Positions 18,068-29,365 of a stretch of DNA of 64,000 nucleotides are shown one piece after another. A model generated the notes under the pieces. The model saw only the letters and a list, made by a program, of their open reading frames with translations, was not told the DNA's origin and did no database searches. Numbering within the stretch: the stretch's first letter is position 1; every line of letters begins with the position of its first letter. Origin of the DNA: a bacterium (GTDB lineage Bacteria > Patescibacteriota > Minisyncoccia > UBA6257 > UBA9933). The stretch covers positions 35,917-99,916 of the forward strand of contig JAUYBE010000016.1 in NCBI GenBank assembly GCA_030693235.1, written 5' to 3'. A program made the position numbers and the translations under genes.

Positions 18068-18959
18068 ATGTAAAATCTGGTATTTTGCCCCTCACTAATG
18101 GATAAAAACGCTTACAGCTGGTACATTTATATGCATCGCCAGATTTCACCAAGGGTTTGCCGCAATTAACACAAATCAAATACTTGATTAGATCTATCTT
18201 TTTATTACGAGAATTTTGAGAAAAAAAGCGGCGAAATAAAAATAAAATTGCCTTATTGAATCGGGTTTTTAAACTCAATTTCCCCGCCTCGGAAGAGCCG
18301 GGCATAGCTGACGGCGGTTCCCAATCAAATTTATATTCCGGATTTAAGATTTGATATTTTATTCCGCCGAACTCTTTGCTCCAATAATATCTGACATGGA
18401 AATTAAACGGGTATTTAGAAAATAAATATGGAGCTATTCCGCGCGCCTTGTTTTTAAAAAGTTTCCACAATTCCTCGTCTTGAATGTGTCCCTTTTTTTT
18501 GCGAATGATAAGCGCACCATCAACGTCGGTTATCTCAAGCATATGAAACCTATAATTAGTTAACCGTTCCATAAATGCATCGGGAACTTCAATATATCCA
18601 GCCCTCCCCACTCTTTGTATTTCCTCTAAAAATTTTTTAGGATCCGCCGAATGCTCCAAAACATGCGAAGCTATTACAAAATCAAACACGCCGTCTTTAA
18701 AGGGCAACCGTTCCGCCCTTGCGAGAATGATCGGCCTATCGGCAATGAGCGCTTCAAAAAACCTTTCTTCGGTTTCTAGATACGCATCGCAAAGCACATT
18801 CGCCCGATAATATGGGTTCCCGCCACTGCCAACATCCAAAACCAAATCGTCTTTTTTGACCGGGCAATAAAGCCGACGCAATGACCACGCAATTGAATCT
18901 TGCCCAATGAATCTAAAAAACCTCATCAAACTGCTCTCTTTTTTAATAATTGTTGACAT
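18039..18959 (-). CDS. class I SAM-dependent methyltransferase with C-terminal zinc-ribbon
   Basis: LDVGSGGNPYYRANV ... FDFVIASHVLEHSADP. C-terminal CVNCGKPL...CTSCKRFYPL is a CxxC...CxxC ribbon. Confidence 0.7.
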   Translation of the reverse strand: MSTIIKKESSLMRFFRFIGQDSIAWSLRRLYCPVKKDDLVLDVGSGGNPYYRANVLCDAYLETEERFFEALIADRPIILARAERLPFKDGVFDFVIASHVLEHSADPKKFLEEIQRVGRAGYIEVPDAFMERLTNYRFHMLEITDVDGALIIRKKKGHIQDEELWKLFKNKARGIAPYLFSKYPFNFHVRYYWSKEFGGIKYQILNPEYKFDWEPPSAMPGSSEAGKLSLKTRFNKAILFLFRRFFSQNSRNKKIDLIKYLICVNCGKPLVKSGDAYKCTSCKRFYPLVRGKIPDFTYENSGLAQK

Positions 18960-18969
18960 AAAAAAGTTC

Positions 18970-19992
18970 CTATAAGCGCGGCGTCCTCCCTAAAATATTT
19001 TTTATTATTCTTATTCCCAAATCACAAAATTTTTTACCAAATATTATCAAAAATAGCACGTACATATAATAATAGGGGGTGATATTAAAACCCAATTTAT
19101 TAAGCCCGCGCGCATATTCCAAAAAAACCGCAAGCCCCTCTTCTCTATGAATAGATAAGCTGGGATAAGAATATTTTGATAAATCAAGCATTATTTTTCT
19201 CGTAGAATGAAATCCATGCTTCTGGTCCATAAACTTGGCAATTTTTATATAGCCGCTTAAAAAATTTAAGGAGCGCTTTAAATCTGCCCGCCTTGCGACC
19301 AACTTCCCGGTCTCCTCGTCATACATTAATTCTTTTGCCCTATAACTTTTATTTTCTACGTGACGCGTAATCGGCTCATCAAAATAAGCTGCTCTACTAT
19401 TCAAAACAAGTTCCGCAACCCAATATATTTGGATAAGCGCGGCGCCGTCAAAATAATCCACCAAATATGGCAGAATCGGCTCGCGTTTTATAGTGAAACC
19501 GGAAATAAAAACGCTTTTCCTAAAAAGCTCTTCGTATGTTTTTTCTCCCGGTTCAAAAAATTTATTTCCACTATAATACCGGAACTTTTCTGTCTTACCG
19601 TCATCATGCACCACCTCATAAGACCGAAGCACATAGGTAACTTCATCGTGCTCTTTTAGAAAAGTAATTAATTTATTGAGTTTTTCGGGAATAAACTCAT
19701 CGTCATCACCCATAAAAACGAGCCATTTCCCGCTCGCCGCCTTCACCGTCTCCTTAAGATTACCGTCATACCCAAGATTTTTTTCATTCTCGTGATAAAC
19801 TACGGAATACTTAGATTCTTTTCTAAATTGTTCTACGGTTTTTTTAATCTCTTCGCGCCGAGGACTAAAATCATCACTCACCACTACTTCTATTTCGTTT
19901 AGATTATCAGCGTCTATAGTTTTAAGCAACTGATATAATTTATCGGGACGATTATAGGCGGGAATACAAATTGATATAAATGGATTTTTCAT
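18970..19992 (-). CDS. glycosyltransferase family 2
   Basis: ISICIPAYNRPDKLYQLLKTIDADNLNEIEVVVSDDFS. Confidence 0.75.
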   Translation of the reverse strand: MKNPFISICIPAYNRPDKLYQLLKTIDADNLNEIEVVVSDDFSPRREEIKKTVEQFRKESKYSVVYHENEKNLGYDGNLKETVKAASGKWLVFMGDDDEFIPEKLNKLITFLKEHDEVTYVLRSYEVVHDDGKTEKFRYYSGNKFFEPGEKTYEELFRKSVFISGFTIKREPILPYLVDYFDGAALIQIYWVAELVLNSRAAYFDEPITRHVENKSYRAKELMYDEETGKLVARRADLKRSLNFLSGYIKIAKFMDQKHGFHSTRKIMLDLSKYSYPSLSIHREEGLAVFLEYARGLNKLGFNITPYYYMYVLFLIIFGKKFCDLGIRIIKNILGRTPRL

Positions 19993-19999
19993 TAATAAT

Positions 20000-20914
20000 T
20001 TATTTGTTTACGCGCTTAGCAAAAAGCATTCCCACATACATATCTTTATATTCCCCTTGTCTCTCCGGAACATAGACGTGGGTTGGTTTTGTATAGCTGA
20101 CTGCAAACCCTGCCGCATTTAATCGCCTTTCCAAATTTTCAAACCCGTAATGATATTCTGCGATGAAAAATTCAAACCGTCGAAGAAATTCATCTTTGGT
20201 ATTCTCCAAGATGTCGTATTCCCAACCTTCACAATCTATTTTCAGTACGCCGTCACTAATATTATATTTTTCAACTATTGACTCAATAGTTATCACAGGA
20301 ACATCATGAGTAAAATCAAACTCACTCTTAATTGATGAATATGCTCCAATCACGACCTTAAAAAATGGGTCAAAAGAAATGTCCGCAAGTATAGTGCGAC
20401 CGACGCCAGCATGGATAATATCACAAACAGAATCCAGTTGATTTAATGAAATATTTTCTCGTGCTAACCCAACGCAACTCAGTACAGGTTCGATACCAAC
20501 AACCTTCTTGGCGCCAAGTGTCGCGAAATACACGGGCGTGTCGCCAAACGAGGCGCCGATATCAACTACGACTCTGTTTGATAAATCTATTCCTTTCAAA
20601 AAAACTTCGTAGCTTCCCCATCCAAAAACCTCACAAAGAGAAATTGGTTCAAAATTGCCGCAATTAAATACTAATGTTTTGCCTTTATAATTTATAGTCG
20701 CCCTCGTTCCTTCGATTTTTCCATCCGGAAAATATCTAAAAAAATCTAAATTATGAACGAACATCCCGAAGGTTTGGGTATTTACTTTAATTGAAAATCC
20801 ACTGCGAAAGCGCGCAGTCGCGCCTCTTTTCAAAATGATTGAACCCAAAATTACAGACGGCCAATTCTTCACATAAAGAATAATCTTGATGGCAACTTTC
20901 AATTTTCCAAACAT
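20000..20914 (-). CDS. FkbM-family methyltransferase
   Basis: VVDIGASFGDTPVYFATLGAKKVVGIEP, a Methyltransf_21-type motif. Confidence 0.65.
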   Translation of the reverse strand: MFGKLKVAIKIILYVKNWPSVILGSIILKRGATARFRSGFSIKVNTQTFGMFVHNLDFFRYFPDGKIEGTRATINYKGKTLVFNCGNFEPISLCEVFGWGSYEVFLKGIDLSNRVVVDIGASFGDTPVYFATLGAKKVVGIEPVLSCVGLARENISLNQLDSVCDIIHAGVGRTILADISFDPFFKVVIGAYSSIKSEFDFTHDVPVITIESIVEKYNISDGVLKIDCEGWEYDILENTKDEFLRRFEFFIAEYHYGFENLERRLNAAGFAVSYTKPTHVYVPERQGEYKDMYVGMLFAKRVNK

Positions 20915-21135
20915 AGTAATAATTGTATATAGTTTAACGATTTATTTAAAAATGCTTTTGTTTATATTTTTAATATCTGACACCATCATTATCTGAACCA
21001 ATTCTTCGAATTTTATTTCAATTTTCTCCGGCGAACACACGAATGCCGGGCCAATCACAACATATTTGTGCCAATCCAAACCCATTATAAAATTACAAAG
21101 TTTCTCTTTTGTCTCTTTTCCCTTATAAAACTAAG

Positions 21136-22137
21136 TTATTTCTCTTCTTCAATAATTCTGATATCTTCTCGCACCATCATTTTTATTAATTCCTCAATTT
21201 TCGTTTTAGGCTGCCAATTCAATTTATTTTTTATTTTTGAAATATCGGCAACCATCGGAATATCACCTTCTTTTCTAAAAAATTCGTCGCTGACAACGAC
21301 ATATTTTCCCCAATCAAGACCGACTTCTTTAAACGCTATATCTAAAATATCTTTTACGGAATGAATTTCACCTGTGCCAATAACATAATCGTCCGGCTTA
21401 TCGGCCTGAAGCATTAACCACATAGCTTCAACATAGTCGCCGGCGAATCCCCAGTCGCGCATTGCGTCCAAATCTCCAAGCTTTAATTCTTGCTGCAATC
21501 CTTTTTTAATTCTTGCCGCGGCTTGAATAATTTTCCGCGGAAGAAATTTGGAATCTCTGCGCGGAGATTCATGATTAAATAAAATTCCAAAACACGCGAA
21601 AATTCCGTATGCCTCCCGATACATTTCAACAAGATTACAACCGGCTGTTTTCGCAATACCATAAGGAGTTATTGGATTCTTCGGAGTATTTTCGTCCTGG
21701 GGAGAAACAGCAGGATTACCAAATACAAGACTTGAAGAAGCAAAATAAAATTTTGCTTTGGGAGTATATTCTTTTATGGCGCCAAGAATATTATGAACGC
21801 CGCTCATATTATTATGCAAAATATTAAATTCCGTATCAAAAGAAACAAGAGTGTCCACAATTGCCGCCAAGTCATATATTTCATCCGGTTTTACTTCTGC
21901 AATTACTTCGCGAATTCTTTTTGTATCCGTAATATCCCCTTGGTGCAAGATTATCTGCGGGAAAATGTGATTAATTCTAAAAAAATCTTGCAAATTATTC
22001 TCATTTGGCAATTCGAGCACAAGACCATGTACCTCATATCCTTTTTCAAGTAAAAATTCTGCCAAATAAGAACCATCTTGACCTGCTATTCCGGTTATAA
22101 GCGCTTTTTTCATTATAGTATTAACGAACAACTTCAC
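21136..22137 (-). CDS. GDP-mannose 4,6-dehydratase-like SDR paralog lacking the catalytic Glu (candidate GDP-4-keto-6-deoxyhexose reductase, Rmd-like)
   Basis: [28 protein letters not shown]-terminus identical in pattern to Gmd. The active-site segment reads FASSSLVFG, against [11 protein letters not shown] in the adjacent canonical Gmd. YGIAK (YxxxK) is retained. Confidence 0.6.
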   Translation of the reverse strand: MKLFVNTIMKKALITGIAGQDGSYLAEFLLEKGYEVHGLVLELPNENNLQDFFRINHIFPQIILHQGDITDTKRIREVIAEVKPDEIYDLAAIVDTLVSFDTEFNILHNNMSGVHNILGAIKEYTPKAKFYFASSSLVFGNPAVSPQDENTPKNPITPYGIAKTAGCNLVEMYREAYGIFACFGILFNHESPRRDSKFLPRKIIQAAARIKKGLQQELKLGDLDAMRDWGFAGDYVEAMWLMLQADKPDDYVIGTGEIHSVKDILDIAFKEVGLDWGKYVVVSDEFFRKEGDIPMVADISKIKNKLNWQPKTKIEELIKMMVREDIRIIEEEK

Positions 22138-23155
22138 CTTTTAATTCGTTTTCAACCATAATTTTGACCAGCTCTTTAAACTTCACCTTCGGCTCCCAAC
22201 CCAATTTCTCTTTCGCCTTTGAATAATCGCCTATTAAAATATCTACTTCAGCCGGTCTGAAATAGCGGGGATCAATTTCAATAATTGTTTCCCCTGTTTT
22301 GCGGTCAATTCCTTTTTCGTCTAAACCGCTGCCTTCCCAAATCAAATCAAAATCCAATAATTTGCACGCTTCTTCGACAAATTCCCTGACAGTATGATTT
22401 TCATTAGTTGCCAAAATATAATCATCTGGTTTATCTTGTTGGAGCATCAGCCACATTCCCTCAACATAATCTTTTGCGTATCCCCAATCTCTTTTGGCGT
22501 TAAGATTGCCTAAATATAATTTTTCCATTTCTCCGCGCTTGATTTTAACCAAATTACTGGTAATTTTTCTTGTCACAAAATTCTCTCCTCGACGCGGCGA
22601 TTCGTGATTAAATAAAATTCCATTAGAAGCATGCATGCCATAGCTTTCGCGATAATTTACCGCCATCCAATAAGCATAAACTTTTGCCGCGCCATAAGGA
22701 CTGCGAGGATGAAACGGCGTAGTTTCTTTTTGAGGGACTTCTTGAACCAATCCAAACATTTCAGAACTTGATGCTTGGTAAAAGCGCGTATTGGGGCTGT
22801 CATGACGAATAGCTTCTAATAGTCTAGTCGTCCCAAGAGCAGTTGTATTACCGGTAAATTCCGGAATATCAAAACTGATGCGAACATGGCTCTGCGCTCC
22901 CAAATGATATAATTCGTCCGGCCGGACATCTTTTATAATCCGATGAAGAGAACTTGAATCGGTTAAATCGCCATAATGAAGAAAAATTTTATGTTTTGCG
23001 CGATGAATATCCGGGGTTAAATGCTCAATCCTTTGCCTGTTAAAAGTGCTCGCGCGCCTGACAATGCCGTGAACATTATAGCCCTTTTCTAAAAGCAATT
23101 CTGCCAAATATGATCCGTCTTGACCGGTAATTCCGGTAATTAAAGCTTTTTTCAT
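22121..23155 (-). CDS. gmd: GDP-mannose 4,6-dehydratase
   Basis: [44 protein letters not shown] ... [11 protein letters not shown] ... [10 protein letters not shown] ... [20 protein letters not shown]. Confidence 0.85.
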   Translation of the reverse strand: MKKALITGITGQDGSYLAELLLEKGYNVHGIVRRASTFNRQRIEHLTPDIHRAKHKIFLHYGDLTDSSSLHRIIKDVRPDELYHLGAQSHVRISFDIPEFTGNTTALGTTRLLEAIRHDSPNTRFYQASSSEMFGLVQEVPQKETTPFHPRSPYGAAKVYAYWMAVNYRESYGMHASNGILFNHESPRRGENFVTRKITSNLVKIKRGEMEKLYLGNLNAKRDWGYAKDYVEGMWLMLQQDKPDDYILATNENHTVREFVEEACKLLDFDLIWEGSGLDEKGIDRKTGETIIEIDPRYFRPAEVDILIGDYSKAKEKLGWEPKVKFKELVKIMVENELKGEVVR

Positions 23156-23163
23156 GTTAAAAA

Positions 23164-24432
23164 TTAATCAACTATTTGAAATTCCGGCAAAGGAACGATA
23201 AATTTGCCTCCATTTTTTAAATATTCAGATTCTCTTTCTTTAAATTCTTTAAGAAAATGCCATGGCAAAATCAAAAAATAATCCGGTTTTTCAGCGCGCG
23301 CCTGTTCTTCTGAAATAATGGGGATGTTCGTCCCCACGGTTTTTTTGCCCCACTTGGCCGGATTTCTCTCCGCAGCAGCAGTGATAATGGTATAGTCAAG
23401 ATTAAAATATTGCAAAAGTGTATTACCCTTAGTTGAAGCGCCGTAAACATATATTTTTTTACCTTTTTCCGCTTCTCCTTTTATGAAATTGGACACTTTT
23501 CTTTTTATTTCCTCAACCCGCGCTACAAAATCATCATAAATTTTCCGGTCATTTAGTCCTAAATCAGTTTCATATTTCCTTAAGTCCTCCACTCTATTTT
23601 GGGCGCCTTCTGAAATTTTAATTGTTTTCCCACGACCAGCATGCCGAATATAAATACGGAAACTTCCTCCATTAATATCATTTAATTCAACATCAAAAAC
23701 TTCCAAACTATGTCTTTTTAAAAGATTTTCAAGCGATAAAAGCGAATAATATTCCAGATGCTCGTGACATATATTATCAAACATATTTTTAACAAGCATA
23801 GATGGCAAATACGCCATCTGGATTATAAACACTCCGTCATCATGAAGGCATTTTACCACATCGGAAACAAATTTATTGGGATCATCCAAATCATAAAACA
23901 TCGCAATCGCAGTGGTTGCCTTTGCCTTGGTGTCTCCAAATTCTTTCTGCCACGCCTCATAACCAAAAAAGTCGTTGATTATTTTCTTTGTGCCTACACT
24001 ATTATATTTTTCCAAATTTTTCGCGGGTTCAAATCCAGTCCGATTTAATCCGGGAAATTTATAACCGCGCAATAAAGTGCCATCATTTGCTCCAATATCT
24101 ATGACAAAATCTTCCGGCTCAAAAGGAATTAACGACTCAACTTTTGCCGCGATTCCATTCAATTCATCCGTCATAGTTTTATTCGTGCCTGAAATGTACC
24201 AATAACGCCTGTACATCACTTCCTCTGAAACCGTGTGCTTCAACTGCAAAAGCCCGCAACCTCCATCACGTTCATTGCAAAGGACTAATTCCAATGGAAC
24301 TTTTTCCGCCTCGCTTTTCTCGCTTTCTTCCAAAAAGTCAGAAATATATAAATCACCCAAAGAAATAATTGGAGTTAGTTTTTTAAAACCGCAAGCACGG
24401 CAATTGTTTATAATTCTTGAAATAGCGCTCAT
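23164..24432 (-). CDS. NDP-sugar C-methyltransferase-like protein (TylC3/NovU family: N-terminal zinc-binding domain + class I MTase + C-terminal C-methyltransferase domain)
   Basis: N-terminal CRACGFKKL...GDLYISDF...C...GGCGLLQL matches the putative Zn-binding domain of sugar C-methyltransferases. [13 protein letters not shown] is SAM motif I. 422 aa. Confidence 0.55.
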   Translation of the reverse strand: MSAISRIINNCRACGFKKLTPIISLGDLYISDFLEESEKSEAEKVPLELVLCNERDGGCGLLQLKHTVSEEVMYRRYWYISGTNKTMTDELNGIAAKVESLIPFEPEDFVIDIGANDGTLLRGYKFPGLNRTGFEPAKNLEKYNSVGTKKIINDFFGYEAWQKEFGDTKAKATTAIAMFYDLDDPNKFVSDVVKCLHDDGVFIIQMAYLPSMLVKNMFDNICHEHLEYYSLLSLENLLKRHSLEVFDVELNDINGGSFRIYIRHAGRGKTIKISEGAQNRVEDLRKYETDLGLNDRKIYDDFVARVEEIKRKVSNFIKGEAEKGKKIYVYGASTKGNTLLQYFNLDYTIITAAAERNPAKWGKKTVGTNIPIISEEQARAEKPDYFLILPWHFLKEFKERESEYLKNGGKFIVPLPEFQIVD

Positions 24433-24467
24433 AGTTTAAAGATAATATCAAATTTTAAAAATAATGT

Positions 24468-25529
24468 CTATTTAAAAAGCGGCTTTGAATTTTCGCCAAA
24501 AATCCATTTCCTGTGGCTGAAAAACACTTTATAAATTTTAAATAAAATTTTATTAACCCAAAGCGGCATTAAAAATAACGGCATTGCAATCCAAAATTCA
24601 GGAAAATTCCAATAATATTTAAACATTCTCCACCGTTTACCTTTTGGCGTATCCCAACCGCCAACCCAAGCTACCAGCATTCCGCGCCAAAGAGAAGCAA
24701 AATTTACAGATAAAATTTTCCGGATAGCTCCTTGGCTAAATTTGTCTTTGAATTCCATCATAATATCATAAAAATCTATGCCATAAGAACTGAATGCTAT
24801 ATTTTCTATGATATCCATTTTGACAAAACTCTTTTTAAATTCTTCTGGAGTTGTTGGGTGACATAATATATATGGACCGCGAAGAAAATAAAAATCTCCT
24901 GGCTGAGAAATTATATATAAAATAGGAACGAGCCCGGCAAAAGAAAATCCGACTATATGTTTTTTTGCAAGAGCCAAAGATGGCAACGCCCTCTCGCGTT
25001 TAACAATTTGAGTTGACGTAAGCCCGATATTGAGCCCGAGGGTATCTAGGATTTCATTCCCGTCTTTAAAAAAACCGTCAGCTCTCACAACTGCCGGATT
25101 GCCCAATTTTTGAAAATCAAAATTAGCCCACATAAATGAAATCTGGGGATATTTTTTTATTAATTCCAAAACTCGAGCAATGGCACCTGGACGCATCTCA
25201 TCGTCATCGCAAAACCACCACACATATTTACCGCGCGCGCGCTCTAATAAAAGTAAATTGGCCGCATCAACTCCAATTTTTTCACCTTTTAAATAATTGA
25301 AATTCCATTTTCTTCTCGCCTTGACCTTTTCAAAAATCTCTTGTGTGGCATAATCCGTACTATCATCTCTGATCACTAACTCTACTTCTCCTGTAATTTG
25401 TGGCGCCAACCCAAACAACAATCGCTCAAATTCTCGCGGCCTATTATATGTTGGAATACAAATACTCAACAAATAATTATTCGCGGAGGCCTTATTTAAT
25501 TTATTTTCTTTCTTATTATTCATTAACAT
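24468..25529 (-). CDS. glycosyltransferase family 2
   Basis: LSICIPTYNRPREFERLLFGLAPQ...VELVIRDDSTD...WWFCDDDE (DxD). Confidence 0.7.
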   Translation of the reverse strand: MLMNNKKENKLNKASANNYLLSICIPTYNRPREFERLLFGLAPQITGEVELVIRDDSTDYATQEIFEKVKARRKWNFNYLKGEKIGVDAANLLLLERARGKYVWWFCDDDEMRPGAIARVLELIKKYPQISFMWANFDFQKLGNPAVVRADGFFKDGNEILDTLGLNIGLTSTQIVKRERALPSLALAKKHIVGFSFAGLVPILYIISQPGDFYFLRGPYILCHPTTPEEFKKSFVKMDIIENIAFSSYGIDFYDIMMEFKDKFSQGAIRKILSVNFASLWRGMLVAWVGGWDTPKGKRWRMFKYYWNFPEFWIAMPLFLMPLWVNKILFKIYKVFFSHRKWIFGENSKPLFK

Positions 25530-25533
25530 CCTT

Positions 25534-26466
25534 CTAATTAGTTTCCTGTTTTTTTATTCTTCCGATTAAAATCGCGTTCGCAAATGGAAATGGAAAATTA
25601 AACTTTACATTTTTTACTTCATCCCAAGAGGCTTCACACCAGCGATTAAATGACTTACGAAGTAGAAACCGACAGGAATAAGTGTTCAGCTTGTTTGTTT
25701 CTATATACAAATTAAGTTGAGGGTTATAACCAATGGGTACGGTAAAAAATATTTCACCTCTATCGACTAAACAATTTTTTATCAAGTTATCAATACCGAG
25801 TAAAAGTTTTCCTTGTCCGTTTGAGGATTTTCCGCCGTATTCATTTTCATCCCAACCGACATGTTCAAAAGTAGAAACGCTTATGATTATGTCATATTTT
25901 TTCTTTGGAATATAACTTACGATATCCTCATTTATAATGCCTTTTTGAACCTCGTATTTATCTAAAACATCGTAGCCGGAGCCCCCGTAACGCCACAAAA
26001 CATTTCCTACTTCCAATATATTCAGTCCTTTTATTTGTGCTTCTTTGACTACAGCTAAGGCGATTGGAACTTCCACCCTCCTTTCATTTCTCCATATATC
26101 CGGATGGCACGAATATTCAAAATAAATATCATTGAGCTTAAATCTACCGGGCCAAAAAAAACAACGAATAGACCTAAAAAAACGAGTACACACGGCCCAA
26201 ACATTTCGCCGAACTGCATTTATTGTATAAATAAGCCCGTGTTTTCTATAAACCCTTTTTGCATCACTAATAATTTTATTAGGAGCGAAGTGGATAATTA
26301 TTTTTTCTTCGCGACCATTTCTAAACCTTGTTTTAAATTCGGTGTTCCCACTTGGATGACCCAACGTAACAGAAAACCAATTTTGGGTTGATTTTATAAT
26401 GTGGGAAAAAAGTTTTACCTTGTTGAACATAAAATCTATTCTATCCTGCAAGTTACACCTCGTCAA
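25534..26466 (-). CDS. hypothetical protein, possibly a methyltransferase-like enzyme
   Basis: Weak MTase-like segments (ILEVGNVL...YDIIISVSTFEHVGWDE). Low confidence. Confidence 0.3.
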   Translation of the reverse strand: MTRCNLQDRIDFMFNKVKLFSHIIKSTQNWFSVTLGHPSGNTEFKTRFRNGREEKIIIHFAPNKIISDAKRVYRKHGLIYTINAVRRNVWAVCTRFFRSIRCFFWPGRFKLNDIYFEYSCHPDIWRNERRVEVPIALAVVKEAQIKGLNILEVGNVLWRYGGSGYDVLDKYEVQKGIINEDIVSYIPKKKYDIIISVSTFEHVGWDENEYGGKSSNGQGKLLLGIDNLIKNCLVDRGEIFFTVPIGYNPQLNLYIETNKLNTYSCRFLLRKSFNRWCEASWDEVKNVKFNFPFPFANAILIGRIKKQETN

Positions 26467-26491
26467 AACTATCGTCTTTGACGATAATCTC

Positions 26492-27541
26492 TTACAAAGT
26501 TTTTTCTAACATTTTTGAAAGCTGCGACTTCATGCTATACCCACTCTTCAAACAACGCTCTCTTCCGGCGGACGCGATTCTCTTTCTCTCTTCTTCGCGC
26601 TCCAAATAGTATTTCACTTTTTTAAACATTTCCTCATTTGAGCTAAAAAATTCGGCCTCTTTCCCCTCTTCAAAAAATTCCAAATGACGCTTCGTGCGCT
26701 CTCCCAGCATAAACCCGCCGCAGGCCGGTATCTCAACGCTTCTCGAGGTAACCTCATCGCGATTTATCTTTCGCAAAAAATTAAGATTGATTTTGGTAGC
26801 GGAAATTGCTTTTGCATAATCAGAGCCAAAAAGAAATTTATTTTTCACATCAAGGTTTTTGTGGCGATTAATCCACGCGTCCCAACCGCTGCCCCACACT
26901 GCGACTTTCACGCCATGCTCGGCAAGATACAAAAGCGATTCAGCTCTTTCTTTCTCAAATGCTCCGATCGCGCTCACATCGCAGGAAAACCGCGCCTTTT
27001 CTTCGTCAGTTAGTTGTATTGGCTTATGCGCGTTCTCACTATACGAATCCAAGAAAAGTTCCGTTCTCTTGGCACCGAGAGATTTCAACTCCTCGAGATT
27101 ATAAGTTTTGGTCGTAAAGACAACCTCGTAGTATTTAAGTCCCCACATGTAATGAAAAGACCTGTTGTGTTTAGCGTACATATCATCCTCCGAAACAGAA
27201 ATTAATTTTGCCTCCGACAAATGCTTTTTTATAAATTTTAGAGTCGCCGGCAGAATCGTGTTCCCTTTTTCTATCCAAACTACATCAAATTTATCTTTGA
27301 GAACTTCTTGCTTTATTTTTTTATTTACACCAACCATGTCCACCGGAATTTTTAATCGCCAAGAAATAACCTCAATTAAACTTCGATTCTTCCGTGGACT
27401 CCATGGAACCTCGGTATGAGAAATTCCAAAAACCTCGCGACCTAACCCAATTAAGGTTTCATATCTTTGAAAACCGCGCCCATACTCGTTTAGATCTCCA
27501 ACATATAGAATCTTAAGGTTTTTACTATTTTTCCGTTTCAT
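26492..27541 (-). CDS. CgeB-family glycosyltransferase-like protein (DUF3880/Glyco_trans_1_2-type)
   Basis: The C-terminal region EIPACGGFMLGERTKRHLEFFEEGKEAEFFSSNEEMFKKVKYYLEREEERKRIASAGRERC is typical of the CgeB family. Confidence 0.45.
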   Translation of the reverse strand: MKRKNSKNLKILYVGDLNEYGRGFQRYETLIGLGREVFGISHTEVPWSPRKNRSLIEVISWRLKIPVDMVGVNKKIKQEVLKDKFDVVWIEKGNTILPATLKFIKKHLSEAKLISVSEDDMYAKHNRSFHYMWGLKYYEVVFTTKTYNLEELKSLGAKRTELFLDSYSENAHKPIQLTDEEKARFSCDVSAIGAFEKERAESLLYLAEHGVKVAVWGSGWDAWINRHKNLDVKNKFLFGSDYAKAISATKINLNFLRKINRDEVTSRSVEIPACGGFMLGERTKRHLEFFEEGKEAEFFSSNEEMFKKVKYYLEREEERKRIASAGRERCLKSGYSMKSQLSKMLEKTL

Positions 27542-28254
27542 CTCTTCGCTAAAACTAATAAATTTTGAGTTAAAATCCCTCTAAAAGATCCTGTCTCTGC
27601 CACCAAATAAAACCTCAAGAACAGCTCAAAAAACATCCATATCACATAACGAAAAAATGATTTTATTCCACGTATAATAGGCCGCTGCGGAAAAACTAGC
27701 ACATTCTTAAATCCCGCAATCATGAGTAATTGTCGAATTGAACTTTCGGTAAATGCTTGTTCGTGAGTAAAATCGCCATGACGAATTTTTCCCCACAACA
27801 GACTTTCTGCATTTGTAGTTTGAATAATAAACGACCCATCCTCTACCAAGCTAAGGGCAGCCTGCTTGCAAAAATTAATCGCGTCATTTTTTCCAAAATG
27901 TTCCAAAACATCGCGCGCAAAAATTGTATCATAACTATTGATATTTTTTGGAAGTTCTTTAAAAATATCGCCCTCATATATATCCGAAAATCCAGCACGC
28001 TTGCCAGCTAAAATTTGTTCGGCACTTATGTCAACTCCTCTTATTTTGTTAAATCCAACATATTTAAGCCAAAATAGAAAATCTCCGGTTCCGCAACCCG
28101 CATCTAAAATCTTTGCATTTTTATCGTTTGGCAATAATTTACCAAAATAGCTATTCCATGTGGCAAAATGCATTCTCGCATCATTCAGGGCGGTTTTACT
28201 ATACAGATTTGCCATGTGAGTAGAAACGTATTCTTTATAGAGCTCTTTATTCAT
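27538..28254 (-). CDS. class I SAM-dependent methyltransferase
   Basis: ILDAGCGTGDFLFWL (motif I) ... YDTIFARDVLEHF ... LVEDGSFII. Confidence 0.7.
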   Translation of the reverse strand: MNKELYKEYVSTHMANLYSKTALNDARMHFATWNSYFGKLLPNDKNAKILDAGCGTGDFLFWLKYVGFNKIRGVDISAEQILAGKRAGFSDIYEGDIFKELPKNINSYDTIFARDVLEHFGKNDAINFCKQAALSLVEDGSFIIQTTNAESLLWGKIRHGDFTHEQAFTESSIRQLLMIAGFKNVLVFPQRPIIRGIKSFFRYVIWMFFELFLRFYLVAETGSFRGILTQNLLVLAKR

Positions 28255-28296
28255 TTAATGTTATTTATTTTTAATAAATGGATATTTCCCTAATTA

Positions 28297-29361
28297 TTAT
28301 TTTTCCCCCTTCAATAAACTAAGTAGTAGCTGTGTTCTCCTACTAAAGCTTTGCAATCCAAATACTTCTATGATTTTATGGCGTAATAATACCCTATCGT
28401 ATAACCGCTTATCAAGCATGCCGCCAAGCAATGCAATTATTGTCGCCGAAATATCTTCTATGCTATCTGGATCAACTAACATTCCAAGTTCTCCATTTAG
28501 AAGAGCTTCCTTCGCGCCCTTTTGTTTCCCTCCCACTACAGAAACCCCGCATGAGAGCGCTTCAAGTAAAACTATCGGCGGGAATCCTTCGTTTTTTGAA
28601 GGGAGAACAAAAACATTAGCGAGATTATAATAATCTACGATTTCTTCGTTGGTTGGCGCTTCTGCTAAAACTACATTTTTCTCAAGTTTTAATTCGGTAA
28701 TCAATTGTTTTACCGCGGAAATGTCGTCTCCGCTGCCAACCAAAAGATATTTTACGTTTGGTATAGCTTCCAAAACTTTGGGCATGGCTTTAATCACCCT
28801 TTGATAACCCTTATTGTCGCCATCCAACTTAGACATTCGCCCGATTGTCAAAATTATTTTTGAGCCCTTCAAACCAAAACGCGAAAGCAATTTTTCAGAT
28901 TTTTCTTTTATCTCAAATTTTTGACCATCAACGGAATTCGGCAGATTGAACAATTTCTTTTCTATCTCAGGAATCTGTCTTATTACGTTCTCTGCTGTAG
29001 CGTTAAATAAGTAAATAATTGTATCTGCCTCTCTCAGCGCGCGTTTAAAAATTTGTTTTTTTATATTGATTACCTCTATTCCATAAACAGAAACGCTATA
29101 AGAAAAATTGAGAAACCTTTTAAGATATAAGCAAATCGGGGAAAAGTGAAGGTGCGCGCATATGACAAAATCAGGACGATGCGTCGCCGCAGAGAATATC
29201 ACGCGAATAAAAAATGATGTTTTTGCTAATAATCCTCCGTGCTGTCGTTCTACCACAATCACGTCTTGTTCAAGTTCTCGGAGCGTCGCGATCAAATTGC
29301 GATTATATTTTTCAATTCCGCCAATTTGATTCACATCTGCGGCAATGTAAAGAATTTTCAT
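28297..29361 (-). CDS. glycosyltransferase family 4
   Basis: ILTIGRMSKLDG...KYLLVGSGDD...LPSKNEGFPPIVLLEALSCGVSVVG. Confidence 0.75.
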   Translation of the reverse strand: MKILYIAADVNQIGGIEKYNRNLIATLRELEQDVIVVERQHGGLLAKTSFFIRVIFSAATHRPDFVICAHLHFSPICLYLKRFLNFSYSVSVYGIEVINIKKQIFKRALREADTIIYLFNATAENVIRQIPEIEKKLFNLPNSVDGQKFEIKEKSEKLLSRFGLKGSKIILTIGRMSKLDGDNKGYQRVIKAMPKVLEAIPNVKYLLVGSGDDISAVKQLITELKLEKNVVLAEAPTNEEIVDYYNLANVFVLPSKNEGFPPIVLLEALSCGVSVVGGKQKGAKEALLNGELGMLVDPDSIEDISATIIALLGGMLDKRLYDRVLLRHKIIEVFGLQSFSRRTQLLLSLLKGEK

Positions 29362-29365
29362 ATTT

